This document shows positions 41,761 through 51,846 of a stretch of 64,000 nt of DNA, one piece after another. The notes beneath the pieces are model-generated. The model saw only the letters and a program-made list of their open reading frames with translations. It was not told the origin of the DNA and did no database searches. This DNA is from Alphaproteobacteria bacterium (GTDB taxonomy: Bacteria; Pseudomonadota; Alphaproteobacteria; UBA828), in assembly GCA_965237415.1 (NCBI GenBank), contig CBDEFM010000002.1:3872001-3936000 (forward strand). The letters are read 5' to 3'. Numbering within the stretch: the first letter of the stretch is position 1; each line of letters opens with the position of its first letter. The position numbers were made by a program, and so were the translations under genes.

Positions 41761-42741
41761 CTACAGAAGCTCCATGTCGCTTAGCAGCTTCTGGATCGCC
41801 GGCTCGTTCATGTTCTCCAGCGTCACGACCTGGGCCGGGATCGCCACGGTGCGCGGCTCCACCTTCTCGCCCTTCAGGATCTTGTCCATGGTGTAGACGC
41901 CGTCATAGCCCATCTTGTACGGATCTTGCAGGATGAGCGCGTCGATGAAGCCCTCCTTGAACAACTCGAATTCCTCCGCCGAGCTGTCGAAAGCGACGAT
42001 GCGGAGATCGAGGTCCTTCTGCTTGGTGAGCTGGCCCGCGCCGGTGCCGGCGCCGTCACACGCCCCGTAGAAGCCGACCAGGTCTGGATTGCCGGTGTAC
42101 GTGTCGGTCGCGATGTTCAGCGCCTTGGCCGGGCTGCATCCCGAATACTGCACTGGCACCACCTCGATGTCGGGGTAGTTCTTCATCTCCTCGAGGAAGC
42201 CGCTCTCGCGCTCGTAGCCGGTCTGGGAGCCGGCGGTGATGCCGATATCGCCGACCTTGCCCTTGCCACCGATCAGCTCCGCCAACGTCTTTGCGGCAGC
42301 CTTGGCGGCTCCGATGTTGTCGGTGGCGATGTAGGCGAGGGAGGTGTCGGGGTCGATTCCGGAATCGACCGTGATGACCGGCACGCCGGCCTCGATGGCC
42401 TTGGTCACCGGCGCCGACAGTGCCTTGGCATCGGTCGCGGCGATGAGAATGCCGTCGATCCTTCGGGTTACCATGTCGTTGACCAGGTTGATCTGGCCCG
42501 CGATTTGGGTCTGGTCCTGTGTGCCGACATAGAGGACCTCGTAACCGAGCTCCTCGCCGGCCTTCTCGGCGCCCCGCTTGATGGCGAGCCAGAAGGACGA
42601 ATCGGTTGATTTCGGGATCCACGCCAGCGTCTTGTCTGCCGCGATGGCGTCAGAGCCGAAGCCCACCGCGGAGAATGCGGCGATCACGGCCGCTGCCGCG
42701 ACCGCGCGGCAAGCCTGTGACATTGGTGCGCGATTCTTCAT
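41761..42741 (-). CDS. Sugar ABC transporter substrate-binding protein (RbsB-like)
   Basis: Signal peptide; motifs FWLAIKRGA, PVITVDS, ATDN and QDPYKMGY. Confidence 0.9.
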   Translation of the reverse strand: MKNRAPMSQACRAVAAAAVIAAFSAVGFGSDAIAADKTLAWIPKSTDSSFWLAIKRGAEKAGEELGYEVLYVGTQDQTQIAGQINLVNDMVTRRIDGILIAATDAKALSAPVTKAIEAGVPVITVDSGIDPDTSLAYIATDNIGAAKAAAKTLAELIGGKGKVGDIGITAGSQTGYERESGFLEEMKNYPDIEVVPVQYSGCSPAKALNIATDTYTGNPDLVGFYGACDGAGTGAGQLTKQKDLDLRIVAFDSSAEEFELFKEGFIDALILQDPYKMGYDGVYTMDKILKGEKVEPRTVAIPAQVVTLENMNEPAIQKLLSDMELL

Positions 42742-42799
42742 GCTTTTTTCTCTCCCTGACGGCACAATCGCCGCTGCCCAGCGCGCGGCGACGTTGTTT

Positions 42800-43825
42800 C
42801 TATTCTTCTCCGCCGCTCCTCAGACGCCGCCAATTGTCGATGTAAACGGCGGCGATCAGGATAGCACCGATAGCCACCAGCTGCCAGAAGGCGTAGACGC
42901 CGAGCACGTTGAGACCGTTGCGCAGCGTGGCGATGATGAGCGCGCCGATCAGCGAGGCGATCAGGCTGCCCTGGCCGCCGAACAGGCTGGTGCCGCCGAT
43001 GACCACGGCGGCGATCGAATCGAGCTCGTAGCCGACCCCGCCCGCCGGCTGGCCGCTGCCGATGCGCGAGGCTTCGGTGAGTCCAGCGATGGCGGCGGTG
43101 ATGCCGCTCAAGCCGTAGATGAGGATCAGATAGAGAGGGACGTTGATGCCTGAGACCTTGGTGGCCTGTTGATTGCTGCCGATGGCGAAGGTGTAGCGGC
43201 CGAGCCGGGTGCGGAGCAGCACGAAGAGCCCGATCGCATAGAGTCCGAGCGTCGCGATCGTCGGCACCGGCACCACCCCCCACACGCGGCCCTGGCCGAG
43301 AACCTCGAAGCCCTCCGCCACTCTGAAGATGGGAATGCCTTCGGTGATGATCAGGGCATAGCCGCGGGCAATGCCCATCATGCCGAGGGTCGCAACGAAG
43401 GGCGGGATCCTGAGGACGCCGACCGCTATGCCGTTCGCCGCGCCGAAGAACGCGCCGCAGAGGAGCCCTGCGATGACGCCGGCGGGGAGCCCGTAGCCGG
43501 CATCCATGACCATGGTCGAGGTGACGGCGGCGGCGGCGAGGATCGCTCCGACAGAGAGGTCGATCCCCTTGGCAAGGATGACGAAGGTCTGCCCCACCGC
43601 GATCAGCGCGATCACGGCGGCCTGCACGGTGATCTCGAACAGGTTGCCGACGGTGAAGAAGTAGGGCGAGAGCTGCGACAGCACCAGCCACATCAACAGC
43701 AGGATGCCGGCGGTGAATACGGTGGGGTTGTCGATGACCCCCCTCAGCGCCGCACCAAGGAGGCGCCCCGCAGCCGAATTCGGGTTCAGGCCGGGCAGGC
43801 GGGGCGTGAAATCGGATCGGGCCAA
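42800..43825 (-). CDS. Sugar ABC transporter permease (RbsC-like)
   Basis: Motifs GIDLSVG, IPPFVATLG and YELDSIAAVVIGGTSL. Confidence 0.92.
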   Translation of the reverse strand: MARSDFTPRLPGLNPNSAAGRLLGAALRGVIDNPTVFTAGILLLMWLVLSQLSPYFFTVGNLFEITVQAAVIALIAVGQTFVILAKGIDLSVGAILAAAAVTSTMVMDAGYGLPAGVIAGLLCGAFFGAANGIAVGVLRIPPFVATLGMMGIARGYALIITEGIPIFRVAEGFEVLGQGRVWGVVPVPTIATLGLYAIGLFVLLRTRLGRYTFAIGSNQQATKVSGINVPLYLILIYGLSGITAAIAGLTEASRIGSGQPAGGVGYELDSIAAVVIGGTSLFGGQGSLIASLIGALIIATLRNGLNVLGVYAFWQLVAIGAILIAAVYIDNWRRLRSGGEE

Positions 43826-44083
43826 GGCGTGCCCTCGCGCAACATACCGGCGCCGACTCTAGATCAAGAACGCCGGGGCGCGCAATTTCGGCTTCCGCGG
43901 GTCGTGTCCCGGGCCGTGGTGTAGGAGCCTCGCGCCCGTCGCGGTATCCGGCGGGTAGGGCCGGCACGTTCAGTCTGCCCCGGCGGGCAGCTTGATTAAT
44001 TCATCGTCGCCCGTGGGAGCGATGGATTCCAGGGTCATGTAACGGGCGGTGACGTGCGCCTCGCGGCGGTGGCGCGGAGCCGC

Positions 44084-44860
44084 TCAATGCAGGGTCGCTA
44101 TGTCCTCGGCGGTTTCCTCGCCCGGCTGCTTGCCGAGGATGATCATGCTCAGCACCTGGTCCTTGGTGACCTCGGCGGTGCGGTGGGTGCCGATCTGGCG
44201 GCCGTTGGTCATCACCGTGATCCGGTCCGACAGGTCGAACACGTCGTGGATGTCGTGGGAGATCAGGACCATGGCGATCCCCTCCGACTTGAGCCGGAGT
44301 ACGAGCTCCTTGAAGACCGTGGTCTCGCGATGCCCGAGCGCCGCGGTCGGCTCGTCCATGATGAGGACCTTGGTGTCGAAATAGAGCGCCCGCGCGATGG
44401 CCACCGACTGGCGCTGGCCGCCCGAGAGCCGCTGCACCGGCTCCCGCAGGTTGACGAAGTTGGGGTTGATGCGGGCGATGACCTCGCGGGCGGCGCGCTC
44501 CATGGCATTGCTGTTCAGAGTCGCCCAGCGGGTCATGATCTCGCGGCCCAGGAACAGATTCGCCACCGCGTCGAGATGGTCGGCGAGCGCCAGGTCCTGA
44601 TAGAGCGTCTCGATACCGTGGTTCCTGGCTTCGCGGGGAGTGCTGATCGAGACCTTCTCGCCGCGGACATAAATCTCGCCGCTGTCCATGCGGTAGGCGC
44701 CGGCGAGGATCTTGATGAGTGTCGACTTGCCGGCACCGTTGTGGCCGACGACGCCGAGCACCTCACCGGCCTGGACGGCGATGGAGACATCCTCGACCGC
44801 ATGGGTGCCGCCGAAGCTCTTGTAGATATTGCGCATCTCGACCAGGGTCGGCGCTGTCAT
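44084..44860 (-). CDS. Sugar ABC transporter ATP-binding protein (single domain)
   Basis: Motifs GHNGAGKS, LSGGQRQ and MDEPT. Confidence 0.92.
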   Translation of the reverse strand: MTAPTLVEMRNIYKSFGGTHAVEDVSIAVQAGEVLGVVGHNGAGKSTLIKILAGAYRMDSGEIYVRGEKVSISTPREARNHGIETLYQDLALADHLDAVANLFLGREIMTRWATLNSNAMERAAREVIARINPNFVNLREPVQRLSGGQRQSVAIARALYFDTKVLIMDEPTAALGHRETTVFKELVLRLKSEGIAMVLISHDIHDVFDLSDRITVMTNGRQIGTHRTAEVTKDQVLSMIILGKQPGEETAEDIATLH

Positions 44861-45226
44861 CGACTCCCTCGGTGGATCATGCGTGCTGCGATCGCGCCGG
44901 TATTCTCGAAAGCGCACCTGCGCCCGTCAAGCACCCGCCATTCCGGGCCATTCGGGCTGCCCGCCCCGCCCCTGGCGGAGCTATTCGGCGGCCCACTGCC
45001 CCTTGCCATCCCTGGCGCGTGCGATGGCCTCGGCCGGCTCGTCCGCCTCTTCACAGGGACCGCCACAGATTTCCTCAAGCATCGTTGACCTGCCCCCGGC
45101 GACTTGTCCAGTTTGAATGTTAGTGCGTTGACGGCTTCGCCGCCAAGCTGGGTGACCGGCGGAGTGGAGCCGGGCGGCCGGCTTGGCATGACGCGCTCCT
45201 ACTGACCTCGCAGAGGCCGCGCGGCG

Positions 45227-46399
45227 ATGAGCGAGGCCGCGGAAGGGCCGCTCGCCGGCCTCCTGGTGGCCTCGGTCGAGCAGGCCGTCGCCGCGCCCTT
45301 CGCCACCAGCCGCCTCGCCGACGCGGGCGCGCGCGTCATCAAGGTCGAGCGGGCGGAGGGCGATTTCGCCCGCTTCTACGACCATGTGGTGGCGGGGGAG
45401 TGCGCCTGGTTCGTCTGGCTCAACCGCGGCAAGGAGTCCGTCGTCCTCGACATCAAGGACGCCACCGACAACGCCCTGCTTCACCGCATCATCGCCCGCG
45501 CCGACGTCTTCGTGCAGAACCTGGCACCAGGTGCTGCGGCACGGGCGGGCTTCGACTCAGGCGTGCTCCGAGGGCGGCATCCTCGCCTCATCACCTGCGA
45601 CATCAGCGGCTATGGCGAGAGCGGCCCCTATGCCGCGATGAAGGCCTACGACTTCCTCATCCAGTGCGAATCGGGGATCGCGTCGGTGACCGGCACGCCC
45701 GACTCCGCGAGCCGCGTCGGGGTCTCGGTCTGCGATATCGGGGCCGGGCTCAACGCCTACGGCGCGATCCTGGAGGCGCTGCACGGGCGCCACCGCACCG
45801 GCCGGGGCAGCGGCATCAGGGTCTCGCTCTTCGACGGCATGGCGGACTGGATGACCGTGCCGCTGCTGCACCTGGAGCACGGCGGCAAGGCGCCCGCGCG
45901 CACGGGCCTCAACCACGCCATGATCGCACCCTACGGCGCCTATCCCGTGGGCGACGGCGGGCAGATGGTGATCGCGATCCAGAACGAGCGCGAGTGGGCG
46001 CGCTTCTGCGAACACATCCTGGGCGACGCCGCCCTCACGACGGACCCGCGCTTCGCCGGCCACCCGGCCCGCCTCGCGAACAGACCCGAGATGGACGCGC
46101 TGATCGTCGAAGTTTTTGGCCGCCACACCATGGACACGCTAGCGGAGGCACTACGCGGCGCGCAGATCGCCTTCGGCCGCCTCAACGAGGTCGCGGGGCT
46201 TTCGGCGCACCCGCAGCTTCGCCGGGCAGCCGTCGCGACACCCGCTGGCACGGTCGAGATCGTGGCACCCCCAGCCCGCCACGGCGCGGGCGAGGGGGAC
46301 GACCGCCCCCTCCGCCCCGTGCCCGCGCTGGGTGCACAAAGCGACTCGATTCGCGCCGAATTTGCCGCTGCGGGCAATGATTCGCTGGGTGGAATTTGA
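45227..46399 (+). CDS. CaiB/BaiF family CoA transferase
   Basis: Motifs EQAVAAP, GARVIKVER, NRGKES and KAYD. Confidence 0.92.
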   Translation: MSEAAEGPLAGLLVASVEQAVAAPFATSRLADAGARVIKVERAEGDFARFYDHVVAGECAWFVWLNRGKESVVLDIKDATDNALLHRIIARADVFVQNLAPGAAARAGFDSGVLRGRHPRLITCDISGYGESGPYAAMKAYDFLIQCESGIASVTGTPDSASRVGVSVCDIGAGLNAYGAILEALHGRHRTGRGSGIRVSLFDGMADWMTVPLLHLEHGGKAPARTGLNHAMIAPYGAYPVGDGGQMVIAIQNEREWARFCEHILGDAALTTDPRFAGHPARLANRPEMDALIVEVFGRHTMDTLAEALRGAQIAFGRLNEVAGLSAHPQLRRAAVATPAGTVEIVAPPARHGAGEGDDRPLRPVPALGAQSDSIRAEFAAAGNDSLGGI

Positions 46400-46660
46400 T
46401 CCGCTACGCCCCACATCTTGGGTGACTCGCCGAATGCCGCTGCGGATGTTGTGCATGTAGCTTGCGGCGCATTGACAAGCGTATGTCGATCTGGGAATAT
46501 ACCTTGGACGTGACTAGGCCGGGGCGGACACCCCGGCCTAGTCTCCCTGCCAATCGTCTAGAGACCCCTCGGCAGGGAGGTGTTCTGGTCACGAATCCAG
46601 CGTAGCCGGCTCAGGGTACTTCGACCAGAGGGGTCTCTGTCAACAGAGGAGTCTCCTCGC

Positions 46661-46840
46661 ATGGCGAAGAGACCGAGCGGGCTTAAGCCCGGACAATCAG
46701 CCCCGCAATCAGGCCAGTACCAGCAGATCGGCCCTCGGGGCGTCAAAGGACCGGAACGAACAGTGGTGAAGGGAGAACCGCTCCCTCCAGCGCCGAAGCC
46801 CGGCACGACCTACAAGCTGGTCGATCCGACGAAGCACTGA
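46661..46840 (+). CDS. YjzC-family small protein
   Basis: 59 aa: KPGQSAPQSGQY..GPRG..KGEPLPP..Y; GAGGAG upstream. Confidence 0.8.
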   Translation: MAKRPSGLKPGQSAPQSGQYQQIGPRGVKGPERTVVKGEPLPPAPKPGTTYKLVDPTKH

Positions 46841-46850
46841 TGGCTTTGTA

Positions 46851-46897
46851 GTGCCCGGCCGAGATGCATTCACGCGCGTTCGGCCGGGCGCTTTCTT
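46851..46897 (+). terminator. Probable intrinsic terminator after the yjzC-like gene
   Basis: GTGCCCGGCCGA...TCGGCCGGGCGC stem followed by TTTCTT. Confidence 0.55.
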
Positions 46898-47123
46898 CAC
46901 CAATTGAAATCAAGAGCGCTTCCGAGAGTTGGATGATTCGGGTCTTCTAACCTCGGATCAGCAAACTTGGCCTTGTACGCCTTGCCTACAAAGAGCCGAA
47001 TGCATCGGTGGGATATGTCAGCCGTTGGGAGCGTTGAGGCAAGGCTTCATTGGATCACTTCTTGGCCCAATGTGGTGCAACTGCTTGTAGCCAACGGAAT
47101 GACGGCATGAGAGGTGTAGTACA

Positions 47124-47669
47124 ATGAATGATCGAGAGTACGTGCTCTTTACGCGGGGCATTTCCCAAGAAAGCATAAATGAACTTGTTAAGGTACTTTG
47201 GAGTGTTTCAGCTTCGAATCGCGAGATTTATCTCTTATTGAATTGCAACGGAGGAAATGTACAAGCAGGAATTTATTGCTACAATATTATGCGCTCTTTA
47301 CCCACAAAGATGATTTCACATAACGTTGGAAATGTCGGTTCAGTTGCCAATATTCTTTTCTTAGCTGCAGATGTTCGATATTGCGCTCCACCCTCCACCT
47401 TCATGTTCCATGGGGTCAAATTTGACAGATCGGGCCAACTCAGTTTGGATGAGAGGTACTTGAGAGAGCATCTGGATAGCATCATAGCCGATCACGACCG
47501 CATTGGAACGATTATGGCTGAACGAAGCGCGCTCACGCTTGACGAGGCTCGAAAAATGTTTAGAGAACAACGAGTTAGGGACGCAGCTTGGGCGCTCGAA
47601 AATGGCATGATACATGAGATTTTGGACTTGAATCTTCCCCCCGGCTCCGTCATCCATCAACTCACTTAG
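47124..47669 (+). CDS. Stand-alone divergent ClpP-like (S14) protease
   Basis: LLLNCNGGNVQAG (compare NSPGG), NVGSVA (catalytic Ser) and FMFHG (catalytic His); GAGGT upstream; AT-richer than flanks. Confidence 0.8.
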   Translation: MNDREYVLFTRGISQESINELVKVLWSVSASNREIYLLLNCNGGNVQAGIYCYNIMRSLPTKMISHNVGNVGSVANILFLAADVRYCAPPSTFMFHGVKFDRSGQLSLDERYLREHLDSIIADHDRIGTIMAERSALTLDEARKMFREQRVRDAAWALENGMIHEILDLNLPPGSVIHQLT

Positions 47670-47946
47670 TCGGGAGACCGACATGTCCATAGGGTTGACC
47701 GCGAAGTCGCAGTTTCTCCCAATCGAGTACAGTATCGATCCCGAATTTTGAGCGGGAGAGCGCTGCGAATGAGTGGTCGCATCGCCTCGGTGTTGAACAG
47801 TCGTGTCTACCCGCGCCGGCAAGACGCCTCGCTCAGATCAGGCCGAAATCCTTGAAGCGCGGGCTGAAGCGCGACAATTGGCCGCTGCGGTCGACGCTCG
47901 TGCCCTGTTCGAGAGTTTCCTACGCATTTGCATGACATCCCCACTG

Positions 47947-48041
47947 CGTCATGGCCGGACTCGTTCCGGCCATCCACGCGACTGCCCACCCACGGGCGGG
48001 ACTGGCCGAGAGAGATGCCCGGAACAAGTCCGGGCATGACG
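47947..48041. repeat. REP-like paired palindrome
   Basis: CGTCATGGCCGGACTCGTTCCGGCCATC...GATGCCCGGAACAAGTCCGGGCATGACG, two inverted hairpin units. Confidence 0.8.
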
Positions 48042-48322
48042 GCGTGGGGGCGTGACCGGGTCGGAGAGTACGCGAGCCGATCCAACACCGCCTGAGCGTC
48101 GGGAACAGAGCGCTGGCACGGGTTCCTCGCCACGGTCTCGGTCTGCGCGGTGCTCTTAGTCCATGACGGAAGCAAGGGGTCTCTCATCTTCTGGACCCCG
48201 AACCATTGTGCGGTGCACGGCGCGCGCCGCCGGCGCCAGGATTGCCCGCCATGCGGCGATCATTTTCCCGCGCGCGTGTCCGCGCGACACAGTGCCAGAG
48301 CACGCCGGGCACGGCAGATGCG

Positions 48323-49162
48323 ATGGGCGGACGCGCATCGGACGAGCTGTTGCCGGCCGCAATCCAGGACGCCGTCGCCGCAGCAATCGAGGACGGCTCC
48401 AGCCTGGACGAGATCGTGGCGCGCGTCCGCGCGGGCGACGGCGAGAGTTCGGTTTTGATCCCGCGCGCACGACGCTGCGCGCGTGCGCGACCTGCCGAGG
48501 GCCGCTGGGCCGAGCGCATGGACGGCCTGATTTGCCTGCAGCGCGAGGCCGTTCGCTTTGCCGAGGAATGGGAGCGCACGCGCGACCCCTGCGCCGAGGG
48601 GCTTAGCGCCCTCATCGCAATCGAAACCCTGCGAACGCTGGCGCTCTGCACGATGGCCGAGCTCGGCCAGCGCGCGGAGCCGGTGCCGACCGAGGACCTC
48701 GCCCGCCTCGCGCTCGCGCTCCATCGCATCGAAAGCGCCGACAGGCTCCGCATCGAGCGTGAGCAGGCGATGGCCGATGCCGCCGCGCACGCCGGGCCGG
48801 CCGCGCGCGCGGCCAGTATGACGCATGCCGAACGGGTCGAAACCGTCCGCCGGGCTCTCGAGGGGCACGTCTTCCCTGGGCGCACAGATCCGCCACCGTC
48901 GGAATCGGGGTGGGCCGCGGCCTCTCCCGCGGACTCCCCCGTCACCTCGCCGGACTCCACGCCCGAGTCACCTGCCGACGGCGGGGCGCAGGATGCATGG
49001 GGCGCAAGCGGGGCGCAGGATGTGTTGGACGCGCGCGGGGCGCGCGATACGTGGGACGCGCACAGGGCGCGGGATGCTGAGCTGAGACGGCGGGAGGCGG
49101 AAGGCCGACTCTGGCCGACCGACCCTCCCTTCTGCCCTGCGGAGTGGAGCGGGCCAGGGTGA
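48323..49162 (+). CDS. DUF3486 / Mu gp27-like (putative small terminase) protein with low-complexity tail
   Basis: N-terminus MGGRAS..LPAAIQDAV..IEDG.SLDEIVARV and a later ED..LA.LALALHRIESA helix resemble Mu gp27-type proteins; recognition by eye only. Confidence 0.55.
   Translation: MGGRASDELLPAAIQDAVAAAIEDGSSLDEIVARVRAGDGESSVLIPRARRCARARPAEGRWAERMDGLICLQREAVRFAEEWERTRDPCAEGLSALIAIETLRTLALCTMAELGQRAEPVPTEDLARLALALHRIESADRLRIEREQAMADAAAHAGPAARAASMTHAERVETVRRALEGHVFPGRTDPPPSESGWAAASPADSPVTSPDSTPESPADGGAQDAWGASGAQDVLDARGARDTWDAHRARDAELRRREAEGRLWPTDPPFCPAEWSGPG
48983..49077 (+). repeat. Degenerate 27-bp coding tandem repeat (about 3.5 units)
   Basis: GGGGCGCAGGATG-like units at 48983, 49010, 49037 and 49064 encode GAQDAWGAS / GAQDVLDAR / GARDTWDAH. 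Confidence 0.8.
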
Positions 49163-49402
49163 GGCGGGGGGCTCCTCCTCCGCCGCGACCAGGCAGACGC
49201 GCGCCCGGCTCATCGTGCGGCCCGGATGTCTCACCGCGGCCGCGGTCTGCGCGCAGCCGGCGCAGTTGCCGTGCCGTACAGTGCAAGAGCGAACGGGGCG
49301 CGGCAGGCGAAGGCAGAGGAAAGCGGCCGCCTATTGCCGGGGCGGCTGGTGCCCGCAGCCCCCGCCGTCATCATGGAGGACCGCCGGCGGTTGTCCCCGC
49401 GG

Positions 49403-49470
49403 AATCCCACTTGTCCCACTTAATCCCACTTATCCCACTTAATCCCACTTAATCCCGGCGAATCCCGCCC
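49403..49470 (+). repeat. 9-10 bp tandem repeat (AATCCCACTT-type)
   Basis: Five TCCCACTT cores followed by two degenerate AATCCCG units. Confidence 0.92.
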
Positions 49471-49516
49471 AAAGTTTATGTTCTGCGCGTATCGCGGGCC
49501 GTTGGCGGGCGCCGCT

Positions 49517-50830
49517 TCAGTGCCCGCGCCCTTCCGGAATGATGCCGCGCGGGCTGAAGCGCATGACGACGAGGAGGATGAGTCCCATGATGATGAGCCG
49601 CATGTAGGCGGCGCTGTCGAGCAGGTGAGCCCGGAGCGAGTTGTCCTCAGGCAGCCCTGCAGTGATCGCGTCCATCAGCCAGAACGCGGCGGGCTCGGCC
49701 TCGACCCACAGGAACCACACCAGGAAGCCGCCGAGCATCGCGCCCCAGTTGTTGCCCGAGCCGCCGACGATCACCATCACCCAGATCAGGAAGGTGAAGC
49801 GGAGCGGCTGGTAGCTGCCCGGCGTGAACTGCCCGTCGAGGGTGGTGAGCATCGCACCGGCGATTCCCATCACCGCCGCGCCCAGAACGAAGATCTGCAT
49901 GTGGCGCCGGGTCACGTCCTTGCCCATCGCGGCGGCCGCGTCCTCGTTGTCGCGGATGGCGCGCATCATGCGGCCCCAGGGAGAGTTCAGCGCCCGCTCG
50001 GCCAGCCATACGATCGCCATGAGGACGAGCGCGAAGAGCACCGCGTAGCAGAGCTTCACGAAGATGCTCGAACCCTGGATCGGGTCCGCCCCCAGCCAGT
50101 GCGCGAGATCGAGGAACCAGGGGCTCGCCTGCAGGTCGATCTCGTAGGGCACCGGCCGGTCGAGGCCGGTGACGTTCTTCACGCCCCGGCTGAGCCAGTC
50201 CTCGTTCTTGATGACGGTGATGACGATCTCGGCGATGCCGAGGGTGGCGATGGCGAAATAGTCGGCGCGCAGCCCGAGCGCGACCTTGCCGATGAGCCAG
50301 GCCGCGCCGGCGGCAAGCAGCCCGCCGAGCGCCCAGGAGAGGACGATCGGCAGGCCGGCGCCGCCGAGATAGCCGGTCCTGGCGCTGTCGACATGCTGGA
50401 TCGCATCGACCGCCGGGTCGAAGAAGATGCGGATGAGGAAGAACCCCCCGACCAGGAGGAGAACCGTCGCCGCCGTGCGCAGCGGACCCTTGCGCAAGAG
50501 GCGGCGCACCAGCACGACCAGCAGCACGATGCCTGCCAGCACGGCGAGCGCGAAACCGAGGCCCTCGCCGCCCGCCGCCCACGCATCCGCCACCGGCGCC
50601 TGCGAGACCAGAACGCCCGCCAGTCCGCCGAGCGCGGCGAAACCCATCACGCCGACGTTGAGCAGGCCCGCATAGCCCCACTGCATGTTGAGGCCGAGCG
50701 CCATGATCGCGGAGATCAGGCAGAGATTGAGGATCGAGAGGCTGACCACCCAGGACTGGCTGGCGCCGACCGCGATGAGCAGCAGCGCCATGGCGGCGAA
50801 GAGCGCCGGCGTGCGGAGCCCCGGCCTCAC
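49517..50830 (-). CDS. livM: Branched-chain amino acid ABC permease (LivM-like)
   Basis: Motifs GLNMQWGYAG, LRADYFAIATLG and SPWGRMMRAIRDNE. Confidence 0.88.
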   Translation of the reverse strand: MRPGLRTPALFAAMALLLIAVGASQSWVVSLSILNLCLISAIMALGLNMQWGYAGLLNVGVMGFAALGGLAGVLVSQAPVADAWAAGGEGLGFALAVLAGIVLLVVLVRRLLRKGPLRTAATVLLLVGGFFLIRIFFDPAVDAIQHVDSARTGYLGGAGLPIVLSWALGGLLAAGAAWLIGKVALGLRADYFAIATLGIAEIVITVIKNEDWLSRGVKNVTGLDRPVPYEIDLQASPWFLDLAHWLGADPIQGSSIFVKLCYAVLFALVLMAIVWLAERALNSPWGRMMRAIRDNEDAAAAMGKDVTRRHMQIFVLGAAVMGIAGAMLTTLDGQFTPGSYQPLRFTFLIWVMVIVGGSGNNWGAMLGGFLVWFLWVEAEPAAFWLMDAITAGLPEDNSLRAHLLDSAAYMRLIIMGLILLVVMRFSPRGIIPEGRGH

Positions 50831-51843
50831 GACAGCACCCGCCCGCGGAAGAGCCCGGTCGGGCGCACCAGCAGCACGACCACCAGGATGACGAAGGAGA
50901 TCGCGAGCTTGTAGTCGGTGGACAAGAGCTGGATGAGGCTGCTCGGCTCCCAGCTCTCGGGCAGGAGGTAGCGCAGGAACTTCTTGTAGGCGTATGTCAC
51001 CCCCGTCTCCGAGAGCGCCACGATGAAGGCGCCTGCGACCGCGCCCAGCGGATTGCCGATCCCGCCGAGGATCGCGGAAGCGAAGATGGGGAGGAGAAGC
51101 TGAAAGTAGGTGAACGGCTTGAAGCTCTTGTCGATGCCGTACATGGTGCCGGCCACCGCCGCCAGCGTGGCGGCGATCAGCCAGGCGTACAACACCACCC
51201 TGTCCGGGTTGACGCCGGAGAGCAGCGCCAGGTCCTCATTGTCCGAATAGGCCCGCATCGCCTTGCCGGCCCGCGTGCGGTGCAGGAACCAGAAGAGCGC
51301 CGTCACCGCGATCGCCGTGACGACCACCGTCAGCCCCTGGGAGAGCTTGATCGCGAGGCCTTCCTTCAGCCCGGTCGCGACCTTGAACTCGGAGGCCTTG
51401 ATCAGGAAGCGCGCCCCGTCGGCGAGCCGCCGGTCGTCGGGTCCGATGATGAAGCGGACGATACCCTGCAGCGCGAACATCACGCCGACCGAGGCGATCA
51501 GCAGGATCACCGGCGGGCTCCTGCGGCGCCGGTAGAAGCGGAAGACGAGGCGGTCCGCACTCAGGTTGAAGGCGGCCGTGGCCACGATGCCGAAGGGCAA
51601 GGCGATCAGCGCCGTCGGCAGCGGCGCGATGCCGACGTCCATGCCCTGGAGCCACCATGTCGTCAGCAGAACCACCATGGTGCCGAACGCCATCACGTCG
51701 CCGTGGGCGAAATTGGCGAAGCGCAGGATGCCGAAGATGAGCGTAACGCCGAGGGCGCCGAGGGCGAGCTGGGAGCCGTAGGCGACGCCCGGCACGATGA
51801 CGAAGTTCGTCAGCAGAACGACCGCGTTCGCCACGTTCTCCAT
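50827..51843 (-). CDS. livH: Branched-chain amino acid ABC permease (LivH-like)
   Basis: Motifs FANFAHGD, GKAMRA, GGIGNP and RPTGLF. Confidence 0.88.
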   Translation of the reverse strand: MENVANAVVLLTNFVIVPGVAYGSQLALGALGVTLIFGILRFANFAHGDVMAFGTMVVLLTTWWLQGMDVGIAPLPTALIALPFGIVATAAFNLSADRLVFRFYRRRRSPPVILLIASVGVMFALQGIVRFIIGPDDRRLADGARFLIKASEFKVATGLKEGLAIKLSQGLTVVVTAIAVTALFWFLHRTRAGKAMRAYSDNEDLALLSGVNPDRVVLYAWLIAATLAAVAGTMYGIDKSFKPFTYFQLLLPIFASAILGGIGNPLGAVAGAFIVALSETGVTYAYKKFLRYLLPESWEPSSLIQLLSTDYKLAISFVILVVVLLVRPTGLFRGRVLS

Positions 51844-51846
51844 GGG

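Noticed and set aside
49403-49470. CRISPR array or telomere
   Set aside because: The units are 9-10 bp and contiguous with no spacers; no cas genes are present; the location is internal.
46400-49500. Prophage
   Set aside because: No integrase, large terminase, portal, capsid or tail genes; only isolated phage-like ORFs.
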